DNA of 64,000 nt from a virus (IMGVR_UViG_3300011774_000001:32001-96000), one strand, 5' to 3'. Counted from the stretch's first letter, positions 7,585 through 17,146 are shown. Numbers and translations are program-made. The notes: a model not told the origin generated them from the letters alone.

Positions 7585-8528
7585 CGGCCTTCCACCTTGT
7601 AAGAGAATGAAGGTTCGCCGGCTCTAACCTTAACCTGCACGCGGCTTGGACCGACAACCTTAATGATTTCCCGATCAAAGAGGCATTCCAATTGACCCTC
7701 AGTTACGAGGGGGTGATTGCCATGTTCCTTAACCACCTCATTCCATGCAGTGATTGCTGCAAACTTCAGCTCTTCAGGAGTCATGGGTACCTTGATCGAT
7801 GGGATGTTGATTTCGGACGATGGAACGAAGCGGCGGAAGTGATGGCCGTCACGCTCCTTAATGCCTGGCAATTTGATAATCCAGTCACCGTTGTTGCGTT
7901 TGAACTCGAATTGCGGTTCGCCATAACGGTCATCCTTGAAGTCCACACGAGACTCCACACCTTCCGGCGCACGGTCCAACCAGTCGCGTTCATAGCGGGC
8001 TTGGATACGGGCCTTGCTTGGCCGCATCTCGTGAGCAAAGTGCATCAGAGTAAGGTTCCATGCATACCATGCCAACTTGTCCCACTCGTCGATGAAGTTG
8101 GGCTTATGGCTGCTGGCAATGAAGGTGTCGCGGTAGAAGTCACCGATCCCTGGTTTACGGGCGGCAGCTATCCCGCCATCACTGACGAACGTCCATTCTT
8201 CTGTGATGGGCATCAGACGCTTACCGTCGGCCATCCGCATGGAGCCGTCTTCGTAGTATTGTCCAGCTTCTGGGTGTGGGTTGTCCTTGCCGTACTGAAC
8301 AAACTCACTGATGTCGAAAGACTCGTCATCCTTGGGATAGTTCTGCAACGAACGAATCATCTCCCACGTCAGGCGATTGGCCTTTATGCCAAGGATGCTC
8401 TCGTAGAAGTATTGAGGGTTAACCTTACATTCTTCGAGGATCAGTTCCTTCTGTTCCTGCGTCAGCGACTGCGAGAAGGGGTCCAGCATCTTCACGTTCT
8501 TGTTGACAAGTTCCATCACATTCTCCAA
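7569..8528 (-). CDS. Hypothetical protein; terminase-like N-terminal peptide and duplicated AWN...GEPxFx(F/Y)K domain
   Basis: 319-aa ORF; two internal repeats visible; start codon uncertain (8528 or 8516). Confidence 0.75.
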   Translation of the reverse strand: MENVMELVNKNVKMLDPFSQSLTQEQKELILEECKVNPQYFYESILGIKANRLTWEMIRSLQNYPKDDESFDISEFVQYGKDNPHPEAGQYYEDGSMRMADGKRLMPITEEWTFVSDGGIAAARKPGIGDFYRDTFIASSHKPNFIDEWDKLAWYAWNLTLMHFAHEMRPSKARIQARYERDWLDRAPEGVESRVDFKDDRYGEPQFEFKRNNGDWIIKLPGIKERDGHHFRRFVPSSEINIPSIKVPMTPEELKFAAITAWNEVVKEHGNHPLVTEGQLECLFDREIIKVVGPSRVQVKVRAGEPSFSYKVEGRWVPL

Positions 8529-8534
8529 ATTCTA

Positions 8535-8562
8535 GCATAAAGGCCCACCCCGAAGGATGGGC
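8535..8562 (-). terminator. UUCG hairpin + TTTATGC terminator
   Basis: Minus strand gcccatcc-ttcg-gggtgggc-ctttatgc. Confidence 0.7.
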
Positions 8563-8568
8563 GAATGA

Positions 8569-8706
8569 TTACGCAGTTAAAACGCCGGGCTGTGGTCGTT
8601 TGCTATCAATCAGCTTTTGAGCTGCTTCAAGGTCACGCCAGAAGTTACCGTCACGTTCGCGTACGCGCCGTACCCTTTCTGAGAAGGAGTTAGGCCGCTT
8701 ACTCAC
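8569..8706 (-). CDS. Small basic hypothetical protein (45 aa, MSKRPNSFSERVRR...), below the ORF-track cutoff
   Basis: GTGA overlap with upstream stop; ends just before the terminator. Confidence 0.55.
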   Translation of the reverse strand: MSKRPNSFSERVRRVRERDGNFWRDLEAAQKLIDSKRPQPGVLTA

Positions 8707-9533
8707 TTCTGCTCTTCCTGCTGCTGCTGTTCGGAAGCACGCTTGGCTTCGTCTTCAGCAGCCTGCTCTTCGGCAGACTTGGTAGGAGCTGGAGCGGGTT
8801 GTTCAGCCGGTGGTTGTTCACCAGTCTGAGCCAGACCGTTGTCGGCAGTCTTCACAGGTTCCTGTTGCTCCGGGTTTGGAGTTTCAGCCTGTGTGTCAAC
8901 TGCAGGCACGGCGCCGTCCAGGACGGTTTTCTCGTCAGCCAGTTTCATGTCATTCGGGGCAGCACCGATCTGTGCTTCGACAGGCGCGCCCACTTGAACC
9001 ACGGCCGAATCAGCTTGACCTTCCAGTGGGGCAGCAACGCTACCTGCTTCGGAAATGGTCAGGCCGTTGTCGTGTTCAGGCTTGGCGACATCTTCACCAC
9101 GCTGTTCAGCCAGCGAGGAGTAGCCAGGTTGCAGAACGTTGTCCTCAACCTGTTCCACTTCGTCAGGGTTGGCACCAGTCGGATGACTGCCCGGCTCCCA
9201 GCGACCGACCACCTGGCTTTCGTGGAACACCTGAGCAGCGCGGGGTTCTTTGCTGCCATCGGATACCACAGCGGCCAACAGGTTCAGACGCGGGTGGGTG
9301 TTCTGAGCCAGCTGGTTGAAGCGGCGTACGAATACGGCGGCTTCCAGATGCTCACGTTTGACTTCAGCGGCGGAGATAACCTCACCGATGATGACGCCCA
9401 CTTTACGCTTGACACCTTCCAGAGAAGGCTCGGCCGTGTCGGTGGAGCGGTTCGGCTCAGTGGCCTGGGCTTTGCGTTGGGCATCGGCAGTTTGTTGAGC
9501 CTGCTGGGCCTGACGCTGTTTTTTCTTCGACAT
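8703..9533 (-). CDS. Hypothetical protein, Gln/Ala/Pro/Glu-rich low-complexity termini
   Basis: GGAG RBS before MSKKKQRQ; codon usage like that of the core genes. Confidence 0.8.
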   Translation of the reverse strand: MSKKKQRQAQQAQQTADAQRKAQATEPNRSTDTAEPSLEGVKRKVGVIIGEVISAAEVKREHLEAAVFVRRFNQLAQNTHPRLNLLAAVVSDGSKEPRAAQVFHESQVVGRWEPGSHPTGANPDEVEQVEDNVLQPGYSSLAEQRGEDVAKPEHDNGLTISEAGSVAAPLEGQADSAVVQVGAPVEAQIGAAPNDMKLADEKTVLDGAVPAVDTQAETPNPEQQEPVKTADNGLAQTGEQPPAEQPAPAPTKSAEEQAAEDEAKRASEQQQQEEQK

Positions 9534-9586
9534 GTGATTTCTCCATGTTTCCGTTGAAAGTGGGGTGGGGTCCCCACATAAGAATG

Positions 9587-9946
9587 TCAACCACCCGGTC
9601 GGCTGAGTTGCTCATTGATCGCCCGCGCGTTGGCCCGACCCGCTTCACGATAGATGTGATCGATAACCTGCTGAACCTTCTGCTGACCGCGCTGCAACTC
9701 AGGGGTCATTGGATACAGGTTCTCGGCCTTGGTGCGGCGCAGCTTGTAGGACTGGAACATCGCAGGACCCTGGCCGTAGGACTGCAGGTTGCTGCAAACC
9801 ATGATGCTCAGGGTGTGGCTGCGGTTGGTCCCAACATAGCGAACACGCTTATCGGCGATCATATTCTGATCAGCATCGAAGTAGCACAGTTGCAGGTGGT
9901 CAGTCGGCACAATGGTGCCGAACACATTGATTCCGTGAAAAGCCAT
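9587..9946 (-). CDS. Hypothetical protein downstream of SbcC
   Basis: TGATG-coupled to the SbcC stop. Confidence 0.75.
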   Translation of the reverse strand: MAFHGINVFGTIVPTDHLQLCYFDADQNMIADKRVRYVGTNRSHTLSIMVCSNLQSYGQGPAMFQSYKLRRTKAENLYPMTPELQRGQQKVQQVIDHIYREAGRANARAINEQLSRPGG

Positions 9947-12426
9947 CAGCTGATCTCCACATGAATGTTCGCATCGACTGGACGCGTGATATTTCTGTCA
10001 TCCAATACCACGAACTCGGCTTGGTTGAATGAACCGTAGACCGACGAATAATGACTGACCATGAACAACTGACTGAAGCGACCTTGCTCCATCAGTGCCT
10101 GAATGTAACTCACCAGACGCTCACGGTGCTCATCGTCAAAGTCCTTACCGAACTCATCCGCCAGCAGTGGGTAATCGTGCAGCCCCGACAGCTCCATCAC
10201 CACCAACTTGAACACCCAGTCAATCATGGAGACTTGACCGGTTGACCCATCGGCTACATCGCCATCTGGGTTGGGTTCGTTGTTGACAATGATCGGCAAC
10301 TTTACATTGAGGGTGGCACCTTCTTCCAGCACAGCATCCAATTCCATCGGATACGTCCAGACCATCTCAATGTGTTCGTTGATCATGCCGCAGAAGTGAC
10401 GGATGAAGTCTTTGGTGATCTCAGCCACAATGCCGTGAGTAGGCGACAGGGCTTTGGCCAACAGCTTGTACGCATTGTACTTGCTCTCAACATCAATCAG
10501 CTCTTCACGAGTGTTCTCGTAGCGGGCTTGCAGGTCACGATAGCGCTGAGTGGTTTGATGTAGGACACCCAGACGCGTCATCACCTTGCCACGGACTTTA
10601 TCCAGATGCTCATCACGCAACGCATCTTCGACCTGAGTACGCAGTTGAGTGAACTGTTCACAGGCTGCAAACATCTCACCGAGCAACCCATCCAGTTTCT
10701 CCAGATGTTGGTACTCTTCAGACAGCTCAGCAATCTCAACGATGGCTTTGTTAATCGCTTCGTACTTGTCGTGCAGCTCACCTTCCAACAGGTCAGCACG
10801 CTGCAACAGGAACTTAGGATCACCGCTGTTCTTGATCAGCTCCAGACGCGATTTGAGATCGTTTAGTTCGGCCGTAATACGTTGGGCGTAAGCCGTATCC
10901 AAAAGTCGTCTGATGGTGTCTGCGAGCGCCACAGGGATCATGGCAGGGTTAGTCTTGACGTAACCTCGATCAGAGACCAGGTTCCAGAACTGCTCCAGCA
11001 CTTTACTGCTACTGCGGATGTTGGCCAACTCACCCAACTTACGGCTGTAGCCATCAAATTCATCGATGTGAACTTGCAGCTCTTCCATCTGACGAGTGGC
11101 TTCTTCCACCTTGCTGCGACGAGTAGCCAGCCCAGTCTCAGTATCGCGTACCAGATCAGCAGGCCAACCCGGCTTGAAGGTGAACTGACATTTAGGGCAG
11201 TCGGTGTCCGGTGTGTGGGTGGCATGTTCCAGTGTGGCCTCCATCTTGGAGATGAGGTTGTTCTGTTCAATGCACCACTGGCTCAGACGCTGGTGACGCT
11301 CTACCCGTTCGTTGTGCTGACCCCGTGTGTAGAGATTGTTCTCATTAGACGGGATTTGTACACACAGTTCAGCCAGTTGCTGCTGGATACCCTGAGCAAC
11401 CGTCAGCAGACCTTCTGGAGAGCTTTCTCCGCACTCATACAGCGCGCCTTGAGCCAAGATACCACTCAGCTCTTCTTCGATCTGAGAGATGCGTGTAGTG
11501 AGCTGTGAGGGGTCATCCAGAGATTCCCGTCCTACGTGCTTGATCAGCGATTGGATACCTTCCAGTGCTTTCTCATGGGTGTCGCATTCGCCCCGAGTCT
11601 GTAGCATGCGGTTACGCAGTTGGGTGATCTCTTGATCGACCTGTTCCTTAGTCTTGCCCCCGTACTGACCGCCCCGACGAATCACCGTCTCTGCCACAAT
11701 GGTTTGTGAGCGCTGATGGATGGTCTGGTAGGCTGTCTGCATGCGTTTAACCAACACGCTAGAGTCAGCTACCGACATACGGCCATTGAGGGCCTGATTG
11801 AGTTCCAGGCCCAATTGCTTGAGTTCTGTGACCTCGCTGTCGGTGTCCTTGTAGTCGTCCTCCAGAGAACGAATCTCATCGGCCATGTTGTGGGTGTTTT
11901 CCATGAGGTACTTCATGGTGCCTTGCAGGTCACGCGCTTTAACACGGAACTCTTCGAACAAACCCAACACGAAATCAAAGTCGGTGCCGGAGATACGCAT
12001 CATCCATTCACGACGTTTGGCAGGCGACATCTTAGACAGACGCACTTGACCTGTAAGGATGTCTGCGATCTCAGGGGTCAACCCCACGTACTTCTCAACC
12101 AACTCTTTCTGAGTGGCCTGAGTGTTGCCGTCGTTGAGTTGAACACCACTCATGGTAAAGGAGTGATGACCCGCTTTAACCTTATAGACGCTGACCAAAT
12201 GGAACGGTTGATCATTGTGGTCGAAGAAGTATTCGACACCGCCACCTGGATGGAATCGACTGCCGTTAGGTACAAGCCACAGGATCAATCGCAGCAAAGA
12301 ACTTTTACCCGCCCCGTTACTGCCCAGGATCACTTGTTCTTGTGAATGAGGGCTCCACTCAAAGCGTTGAATCTTGGCAAGGTCAAACGACTTATAGCCG
12401 GTGACAATCATTTTGGTAAGACGCAT
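9946..12426 (-). CDS. sbcC: SbcC/Rad50-like SMC ATPase (phiKZ gp165-like)
   Basis: Walker A GSNGAGKS, central CPKC zinc hook in coiled coil, signature GSTGQ, Walker B LLADEF, H-loop MVSH; alternative start 12453. Confidence 0.92.
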   Translation of the reverse strand: MRLTKMIVTGYKSFDLAKIQRFEWSPHSQEQVILGSNGAGKSSLLRLILWLVPNGSRFHPGGGVEYFFDHNDQPFHLVSVYKVKAGHHSFTMSGVQLNDGNTQATQKELVEKYVGLTPEIADILTGQVRLSKMSPAKRREWMMRISGTDFDFVLGLFEEFRVKARDLQGTMKYLMENTHNMADEIRSLEDDYKDTDSEVTELKQLGLELNQALNGRMSVADSSVLVKRMQTAYQTIHQRSQTIVAETVIRRGGQYGGKTKEQVDQEITQLRNRMLQTRGECDTHEKALEGIQSLIKHVGRESLDDPSQLTTRISQIEEELSGILAQGALYECGESSPEGLLTVAQGIQQQLAELCVQIPSNENNLYTRGQHNERVERHQRLSQWCIEQNNLISKMEATLEHATHTPDTDCPKCQFTFKPGWPADLVRDTETGLATRRSKVEEATRQMEELQVHIDEFDGYSRKLGELANIRSSSKVLEQFWNLVSDRGYVKTNPAMIPVALADTIRRLLDTAYAQRITAELNDLKSRLELIKNSGDPKFLLQRADLLEGELHDKYEAINKAIVEIAELSEEYQHLEKLDGLLGEMFAACEQFTQLRTQVEDALRDEHLDKVRGKVMTRLGVLHQTTQRYRDLQARYENTREELIDVESKYNAYKLLAKALSPTHGIVAEITKDFIRHFCGMINEHIEMVWTYPMELDAVLEEGATLNVKLPIIVNNEPNPDGDVADGSTGQVSMIDWVFKLVVMELSGLHDYPLLADEFGKDFDDEHRERLVSYIQALMEQGRFSQLFMVSHYSSVYGSFNQAEFVVLDDRNITRPVDANIHVEIS

Positions 12427-12492
12427 GGTCGGGCTTTCCGTATTCGTAGGCATTCGCTAATAGAGTGCCACCAACCTGTTAGGAGATACTCC

Positions 12493-13362
12493 GTGGAAGA
12501 CTCTAAGTATCGGCTGTGGTCGCTGGGCATTGCAGCCGAAGCCAAAGTTGACTGCTACAACTGGGATCTGGAGATCTCTGCCATTGAACGCACCCAGTTC
12601 AGCGATGGCGCTCAGACCAACCGGGGTGAACACATTGAGACCGATGGCGTGGACGGTGCAGGTATCCAGTATGCCACCAAAGAGATTGTCTCTGGCACCA
12701 TGAACGCCACTTGGATGAGTCGCGAGGCCAACCGCCTGACCTGCCCTAACGTGGAGGCTGGTGAGGAGCTATTGATCTGGCAATACGAGGACACCGGTAA
12801 ACTCTACTGGGAACCGCGTAACACCAACAAAGTGTCCCGTAAACTGGAAACCAGAACAGAGGCCTTTGCAGCTGATCCGACTGGCAGCGAGAACACTAAG
12901 CGAACCGAAGACAACAGTTACATTTTTGAAGTCTCGGCGCACAAGAAGATCATCACCATCTCAACCTCTGACAAGAACGATGAGTTGGCCAAGTTCAAGT
13001 TCCAGCTCAACGGCGGTGAAGGCTTTGCTTCCTTGCAAGACAGTGAGGGCCAAGAGATTACAATGGTTCCCACTGAGAACCGCATCTCGGTAATCAACGC
13101 AGAAGACGTGGAGATTCATTTGCAGGGCAAGAACCTGACAGTCAATGTCCCAGCCGATGAAGCCCACAACATCCAAGGTGCGTTGAACATCATCGTTAAC
13201 GGTGCAGCTTACGTTAAGGCGCAGACGGCCACGATTGAATCGTCGCTGAACAAATTGATCGGTAACACCGAGATTGACGGTAACTTGCTGGTTACTGGCG
13301 AAAGCGTGCTCACCGGTGGTGCCAGCTCCCCTAACCCAATTACCGCCCCCAACATCAAATGA
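12493..13362 (+). CDS. Baseplate central spike / gpV-like protein (phiKZ gp164-like)
   Basis: N-part ATW...NRLTCPNVEAGE, beta-repeat C-terminus (GNTEIDGNLLVTG); AGGAG RBS + GTG; divergent from SbcC as in phiKZ-like phages. Confidence 0.7.
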   Translation: MEDSKYRLWSLGIAAEAKVDCYNWDLEISAIERTQFSDGAQTNRGEHIETDGVDGAGIQYATKEIVSGTMNATWMSREANRLTCPNVEAGEELLIWQYEDTGKLYWEPRNTNKVSRKLETRTEAFAADPTGSENTKRTEDNSYIFEVSAHKKIITISTSDKNDELAKFKFQLNGGEGFASLQDSEGQEITMVPTENRISVINAEDVEIHLQGKNLTVNVPADEAHNIQGALNIIVNGAAYVKAQTATIESSLNKLIGNTEIDGNLLVTGESVLTGGASSPNPITAPNIK

Positions 13363-13363
13363 C

Positions 13364-13408
13364 GGCATAGCCTCCCTCTCCCCGCAGGGAGAGGGAGTGC
13401 GCTTATGC
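13364..13408. terminator. Bidirectional hairpin terminator (GCATA...TTATGC)
   Basis: ctccctctccc-cgca-gggagagggag between convergent genes. Confidence 0.75.
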
Positions 13409-14107
13409 GCCGATGGACTTCAGTTGACGAGACAGCTTGCCCGATGCGTTGAACAGGTGGAACAGTTCTTTGATGCAGATCTTGGTCCAGTTCTCGTACG
13501 GACGCTCTTCACCGCGCAGCAGCTGCAACAGTGGGAGGGGTGGGTGCATGATCTGATTCGGTTCGTTCGAGGTGATCTTGCTACCGGCAGGCAGCAGTGC
13601 AACGAATACGGCAGCGAAATGGATCTGGCCGATGGCGTTGGAGTTGTCGTTGATCCAGCCGATGTGTTTGTACACGGGTTGGATAACGTTGCCGTCTTTG
13701 TCGGTGATGGTGATTTCTTCGCTGCCTTCACGTTCCTGGCTGGCGATCAGCGAACCGGTGAAGTCGGTGGAGCTGTACTTGTCTTCGCGATAGTCGGTCT
13801 TCTTGTCGACATGACCACCGGTGCCGATGGAGAAGTCGCCGTGCAGCAGTTCTTCGCCCACCGTCTTGGCACGCTGGTACAGACTGACGTCGTCTGCCAC
13901 GAGGTTGGTCTCGCCCTCGATGACGTGAATGTTGTACGCAATCGCTTGAGCATCGGTAGCGGCCGCCTTGAGTTCAGCACGGTCACCCCAGATGATCTCG
14001 CCACGGATGGCTTCAGCAAAGCGGTTCAACGAGAGGGAGTTACTGAAACCTTCCGGCAGGATCTGGTCGATGACTTTGCGGGGTACAGCCAATACTACTT
14101 CACCCAT
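13403..14107 (-). CDS. NUDIX-family predicted phosphoesterase (COG4112-like)
   Basis: Q.IAY...YQR...GEELLHG.FSIGTGGHVD...REGSEEI...HFAAVF; AAGGA RBS before ATG 14107. Confidence 0.75.
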   Translation of the reverse strand: MGEVVLAVPRKVIDQILPEGFSNSLSLNRFAEAIRGEIIWGDRAELKAAATDAQAIAYNIHVIEGETNLVADDVSLYQRAKTVGEELLHGDFSIGTGGHVDKKTDYREDKYSSTDFTGSLIASQEREGSEEITITDKDGNVIQPVYKHIGWINDNSNAIGQIHFAAVFVALLPAGSKITSNEPNQIMHPPLPLLQLLRGEERPYENWTKICIKELFHLFNASGKLSRQLKSIGA

Positions 14108-14166
14108 GGGGATAGTCCTTTTGATGGATTGAGGGAATTGCACAAACTATCCAACTGGCCTGTAGC

Positions 14167-14193
14167 GCATAAAGCCCTCCCCGAAGGGAGGGC
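14167..14193 (-). terminator. UUCG hairpin + TTTATGC terminator
   Basis: Minus strand gccctccc-ttcg-gggagggc-tttatgc. Confidence 0.75.
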
Positions 14194-14198
14194 CTCAT

Positions 14199-14813
14199 TT
14201 ACACCGAGATACCGCCCGCAATGATCAGTTGCTCATACCGCTTGTTGATCTCTGTCAGTGTATTGACCTGTCGCTGCAGGTCTTCCACTTTGGAGAAGAA
14301 CGTCTTGCGATGCTCCACCGCTGCCTGACGATTCTGTTCAAACATAGCTGCTTGTTCAGGTGTCAGGTTACCCGTGATTGGAGCGGTGAACATCTGCACC
14401 TGAATGTCGGTCAACCCCGTCAACGCCGTGAACAGGTTCTTGACCTCTTCGACGGTGTAGGTAAGGTCCAACGAGTCAGGCAGTACACCGACCTCCAACC
14501 CCATTACCAAACGACTGAACCCGGAGGTAACAGTGGTGGGTGCTTTGGTAATGTAGGTGGTGGGTACGATCAGCTGGCCATGGTCGTCCGAAGACAGCGT
14601 CACCAGCGAGGTGGCATTGACCCGATCGGTGTCGTACTTCTCGCGTGTCAGTCCACGAGGCTTGTAGTAGGCCTCAAAGATATCCACGCCATCGGTCAGC
14701 ACCTTCTGGAAGCCATCGATGGAGATACAGGTGTAGCTGGCGTCAGCCGCCAGTGCAGTGGCCCAGGGTTCAGCCAGTTCCCATGGACCACGGGCCCACA
14801 TGATTGGAGTCAT
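14199..14813 (-). CDS. Putative virion structural protein, phiKZ-like conserved
   Basis: G.WEL.EPW...YYKPRGL...VPTTYI...G.LPD.LDL pattern; synteny. Confidence 0.65.
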   Translation of the reverse strand: MTPIMWARGPWELAEPWATALAADASYTCISIDGFQKVLTDGVDIFEAYYKPRGLTREKYDTDRVNATSLVTLSSDDHGQLIVPTTYITKAPTTVTSGFSRLVMGLEVGVLPDSLDLTYTVEEVKNLFTALTGLTDIQVQMFTAPITGNLTPEQAAMFEQNRQAAVEHRKTFFSKVEDLQRQVNTLTEINKRYEQLIIAGGISV

Positions 14814-14824
14814 GAGACGATTCC

Positions 14825-16192
14825 TCAGTCAGTAACAGGTACCATCTCGGCACCTTGAGTAACCTGATACAGCTCCAGCACCGAAGCACGGGAGGTTACG
14901 ATCAAGCTGGTGCGTTCAAAGGTAGCCGTCACGTACAGAACGCCGTCACGGATCAAGCGCATGTAGCCGCGTGGCACTGCAGAGATAGCCGACATGGTTT
15001 CAGCGATTTGCAACATCTTGCTCAACACCATTGCGAACTTCATGGTGCTGTCGCTCATACGCTTGAAGTCCAGTGAATCTGTACCCACAGCGATGAAGTC
15101 CTTGAAGCGATCCGCGATTTGGTTTACACCGTCACGGTTGCGAGGACCACCGATCACACACAGTTGCGCCGACTTGTAAGACGTCTGCATGGTGTTGAGG
15201 TTCTCTTCGATGTAGGTGTCAGTGTAGCCCGCCCCACGAATGAACTTCTTGGCAAAGACCATACGGGCTTTGTCGTTGTTGATCGGAGAGTACACACCGC
15301 TGTTGACCGCATCGTCTGGCAGAGCAATGTGGTTGAAGGTCGCCGTGAAGATGAACTCGGTACTACCGAAGATGTCCGGGAACAGCTTCTCCCATTCGGT
15401 GGCAACGTATTGGGTGTTCTCCAGAATCCATTTGGCCAACGCATCACGGATGGCATCGATGTTGCGACCCGCCTCACCGTAGATCACCACCGTCCATGGC
15501 ACAGGGATCTTGCGTTGGGCGTTGGAAGGGTCTACCCATTCGAACTCGGTTGGCTCGATGATGGTGGGAGGCTTATCGCCCGCCACAACGTTGGCCGCTT
15601 GGAACTGGCCCACCAGCGTCATTTCTTCGCTGACGATCTTCTGCACATTGGTTGCGCTGTCGAAGAAGCGATCAATGTTGTCGATAGGGGCCACGACCTT
15701 GATGGTGTACAGGTCGTATTCGTTGCGGAAGTTCTGGTCGCTGAACCAGATCTGCACCTGGAACGGACTGGTGGTGCTGGTGCCTTCAAAGATGATCGAA
15801 GACGGTAACCACAGCGTGCCGTCAGACACCATGGTGTTGACCGTGACGTTCTGGACAATGCCTTGCCATTGCGAGAGGATGAACTCTTTGACCGGCAGTT
15901 CCTGGTCGTCGAAGTCACCTTCAGTGGCGCGGTTGTACAGCGTCTCCATGATGTCGAGCACCAGAGAGGAAACGCTTGGGGGTACATCGGCGTAGACGGA
16001 TTCTACTGCCGAGATCTCCTGCAACGAGGAGAAGGTTACGAGCAAACTCGAAGGACGGGAGGTGTCCTTGAAGATGCCCCGGTCAGTGGCAAAGGTTTCA
16101 CCATAGGTAGACAACTCACCCAGGCGATTGACCTCGTCTTTGTTGTTGTTGCTGATGGTCGGAAAGGCGCCAAATGCCTTTAAACGATACAT
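14825..16192 (-). CDS. Virion structural protein (phiKZ gp157-like)
   Basis: MYRLKAF...LGELSTY, IWFSD..F.NEYD.Y.I, W...FPDIF..TEF motifs; synteny. Confidence 0.7.
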   Translation of the reverse strand: MYRLKAFGAFPTISNNNKDEVNRLGELSTYGETFATDRGIFKDTSRPSSLLVTFSSLQEISAVESVYADVPPSVSSLVLDIMETLYNRATEGDFDDQELPVKEFILSQWQGIVQNVTVNTMVSDGTLWLPSSIIFEGTSTTSPFQVQIWFSDQNFRNEYDLYTIKVVAPIDNIDRFFDSATNVQKIVSEEMTLVGQFQAANVVAGDKPPTIIEPTEFEWVDPSNAQRKIPVPWTVVIYGEAGRNIDAIRDALAKWILENTQYVATEWEKLFPDIFGSTEFIFTATFNHIALPDDAVNSGVYSPINNDKARMVFAKKFIRGAGYTDTYIEENLNTMQTSYKSAQLCVIGGPRNRDGVNQIADRFKDFIAVGTDSLDFKRMSDSTMKFAMVLSKMLQIAETMSAISAVPRGYMRLIRDGVLYVTATFERTSLIVTSRASVLELYQVTQGAEMVPVTD

Positions 16193-16223
16193 GGTCGCTC
16201 CTGAAGTTTAACAGCACTACCGT

Positions 16224-16688
16224 ATGATAGCCTTGTTGGATGAGTACCCGAAAATGACAGCACTAGCCCAAGCGATTTTCCGCTTACTGCTGCCTCTTAT
16301 CCGGGAATGGTGGAAGAAAAAGAACTGGTCGGCTCATAGCATCAAGAACCTGAAAGAGATTCACTACCTCTTTCTGTGTTGCATGATTCAGTTTGCCATG
16401 CTCTTGGTAGCTGTGGACCACGGCCTTGGTTTATACATCGCGTATTCTGACATGGTTCATGATACTGCGGTGGAGTCCAGCCGGGTGGAGCACACTAAGT
16501 CTGAGAATCAGAGATTGATTACGCAGAACTTAACTTTGACGGATCAAGTAGACGCTGCAAATCGACTCATCCGTCAGCTTATCGAAAACAATCCAAGTCT
16601 TGCTCCCAAGAAGACAGTAACCAACAATCCATCAGTCCCGCTGAGTGACAAGCTTAACGGTCTGAAAAAGAAATACGGTGACCCGTGA
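16224..16688 (+). CDS. Membrane protein with C-terminal coiled coil (i-spanin-like, tentative)
   Basis: Hydrophobic helix then heptad-rich segment; GTGA overlap with next gene. Confidence 0.55.
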   Translation: MIALLDEYPKMTALAQAIFRLLLPLIREWWKKKNWSAHSIKNLKEIHYLFLCCMIQFAMLLVAVDHGLGLYIAYSDMVHDTAVESSRVEHTKSENQRLITQNLTLTDQVDAANRLIRQLIENNPSLAPKKTVTNNPSVPLSDKLNGLKKKYGDP

Positions 16689-17146
16689 TGCTTAAGAAAA
16701 TCGCAAGTTGGATCGGGATCTTTCTCCTGCTCCTAATTCTGGGCGCGGTTTTTGTACTGGCCAACAAGGTGAATAGCCTGGCTGCTCAGTTGGGCACCGC
16801 ACCCGCCGCCAGTACCAAAGCCCCAGCTACTTCACTCACCATTGGCGAGTGTTCTGGTTCGGGGTTTTGCCTGCGCTTTAAACACGAATCAGAGTTAGCA
16901 CTGCCTACGGCTACGGCCACCGGCTGTGCACCTTACAAGCTCCCCGAGATGCCTGCCTTGCCTAACGTCAAGGAACTGGACATCACCTCTGGTACCCCGC
17001 CAGAACAAGCGAGTGAGACTCTACTCAAATATGTCGAGAAAGTGTTGGATGCAGACAAGGCTAACCAAGCGTTGCTACTCAAGCACTATCAAGACTATCT
17101 GGCCGGTTGCTCGGAAGCGGGCAAGCCTTCGACTCCTACCAACTAG
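16685..17146 (+). CDS. Signal-anchored protein, Pro-rich then helical (o-spanin-like, tentative)
   Basis: N-terminal TM helix, CAPYKLPEMPALP, terminal YQDYLAGC. Confidence 0.55.
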   Translation: MMLKKIASWIGIFLLLLILGAVFVLANKVNSLAAQLGTAPAASTKAPATSLTIGECSGSGFCLRFKHESELALPTATATGCAPYKLPEMPALPNVKELDITSGTPPEQASETLLKYVEKVLDADKANQALLLKHYQDYLAGCSEAGKPSTPTN

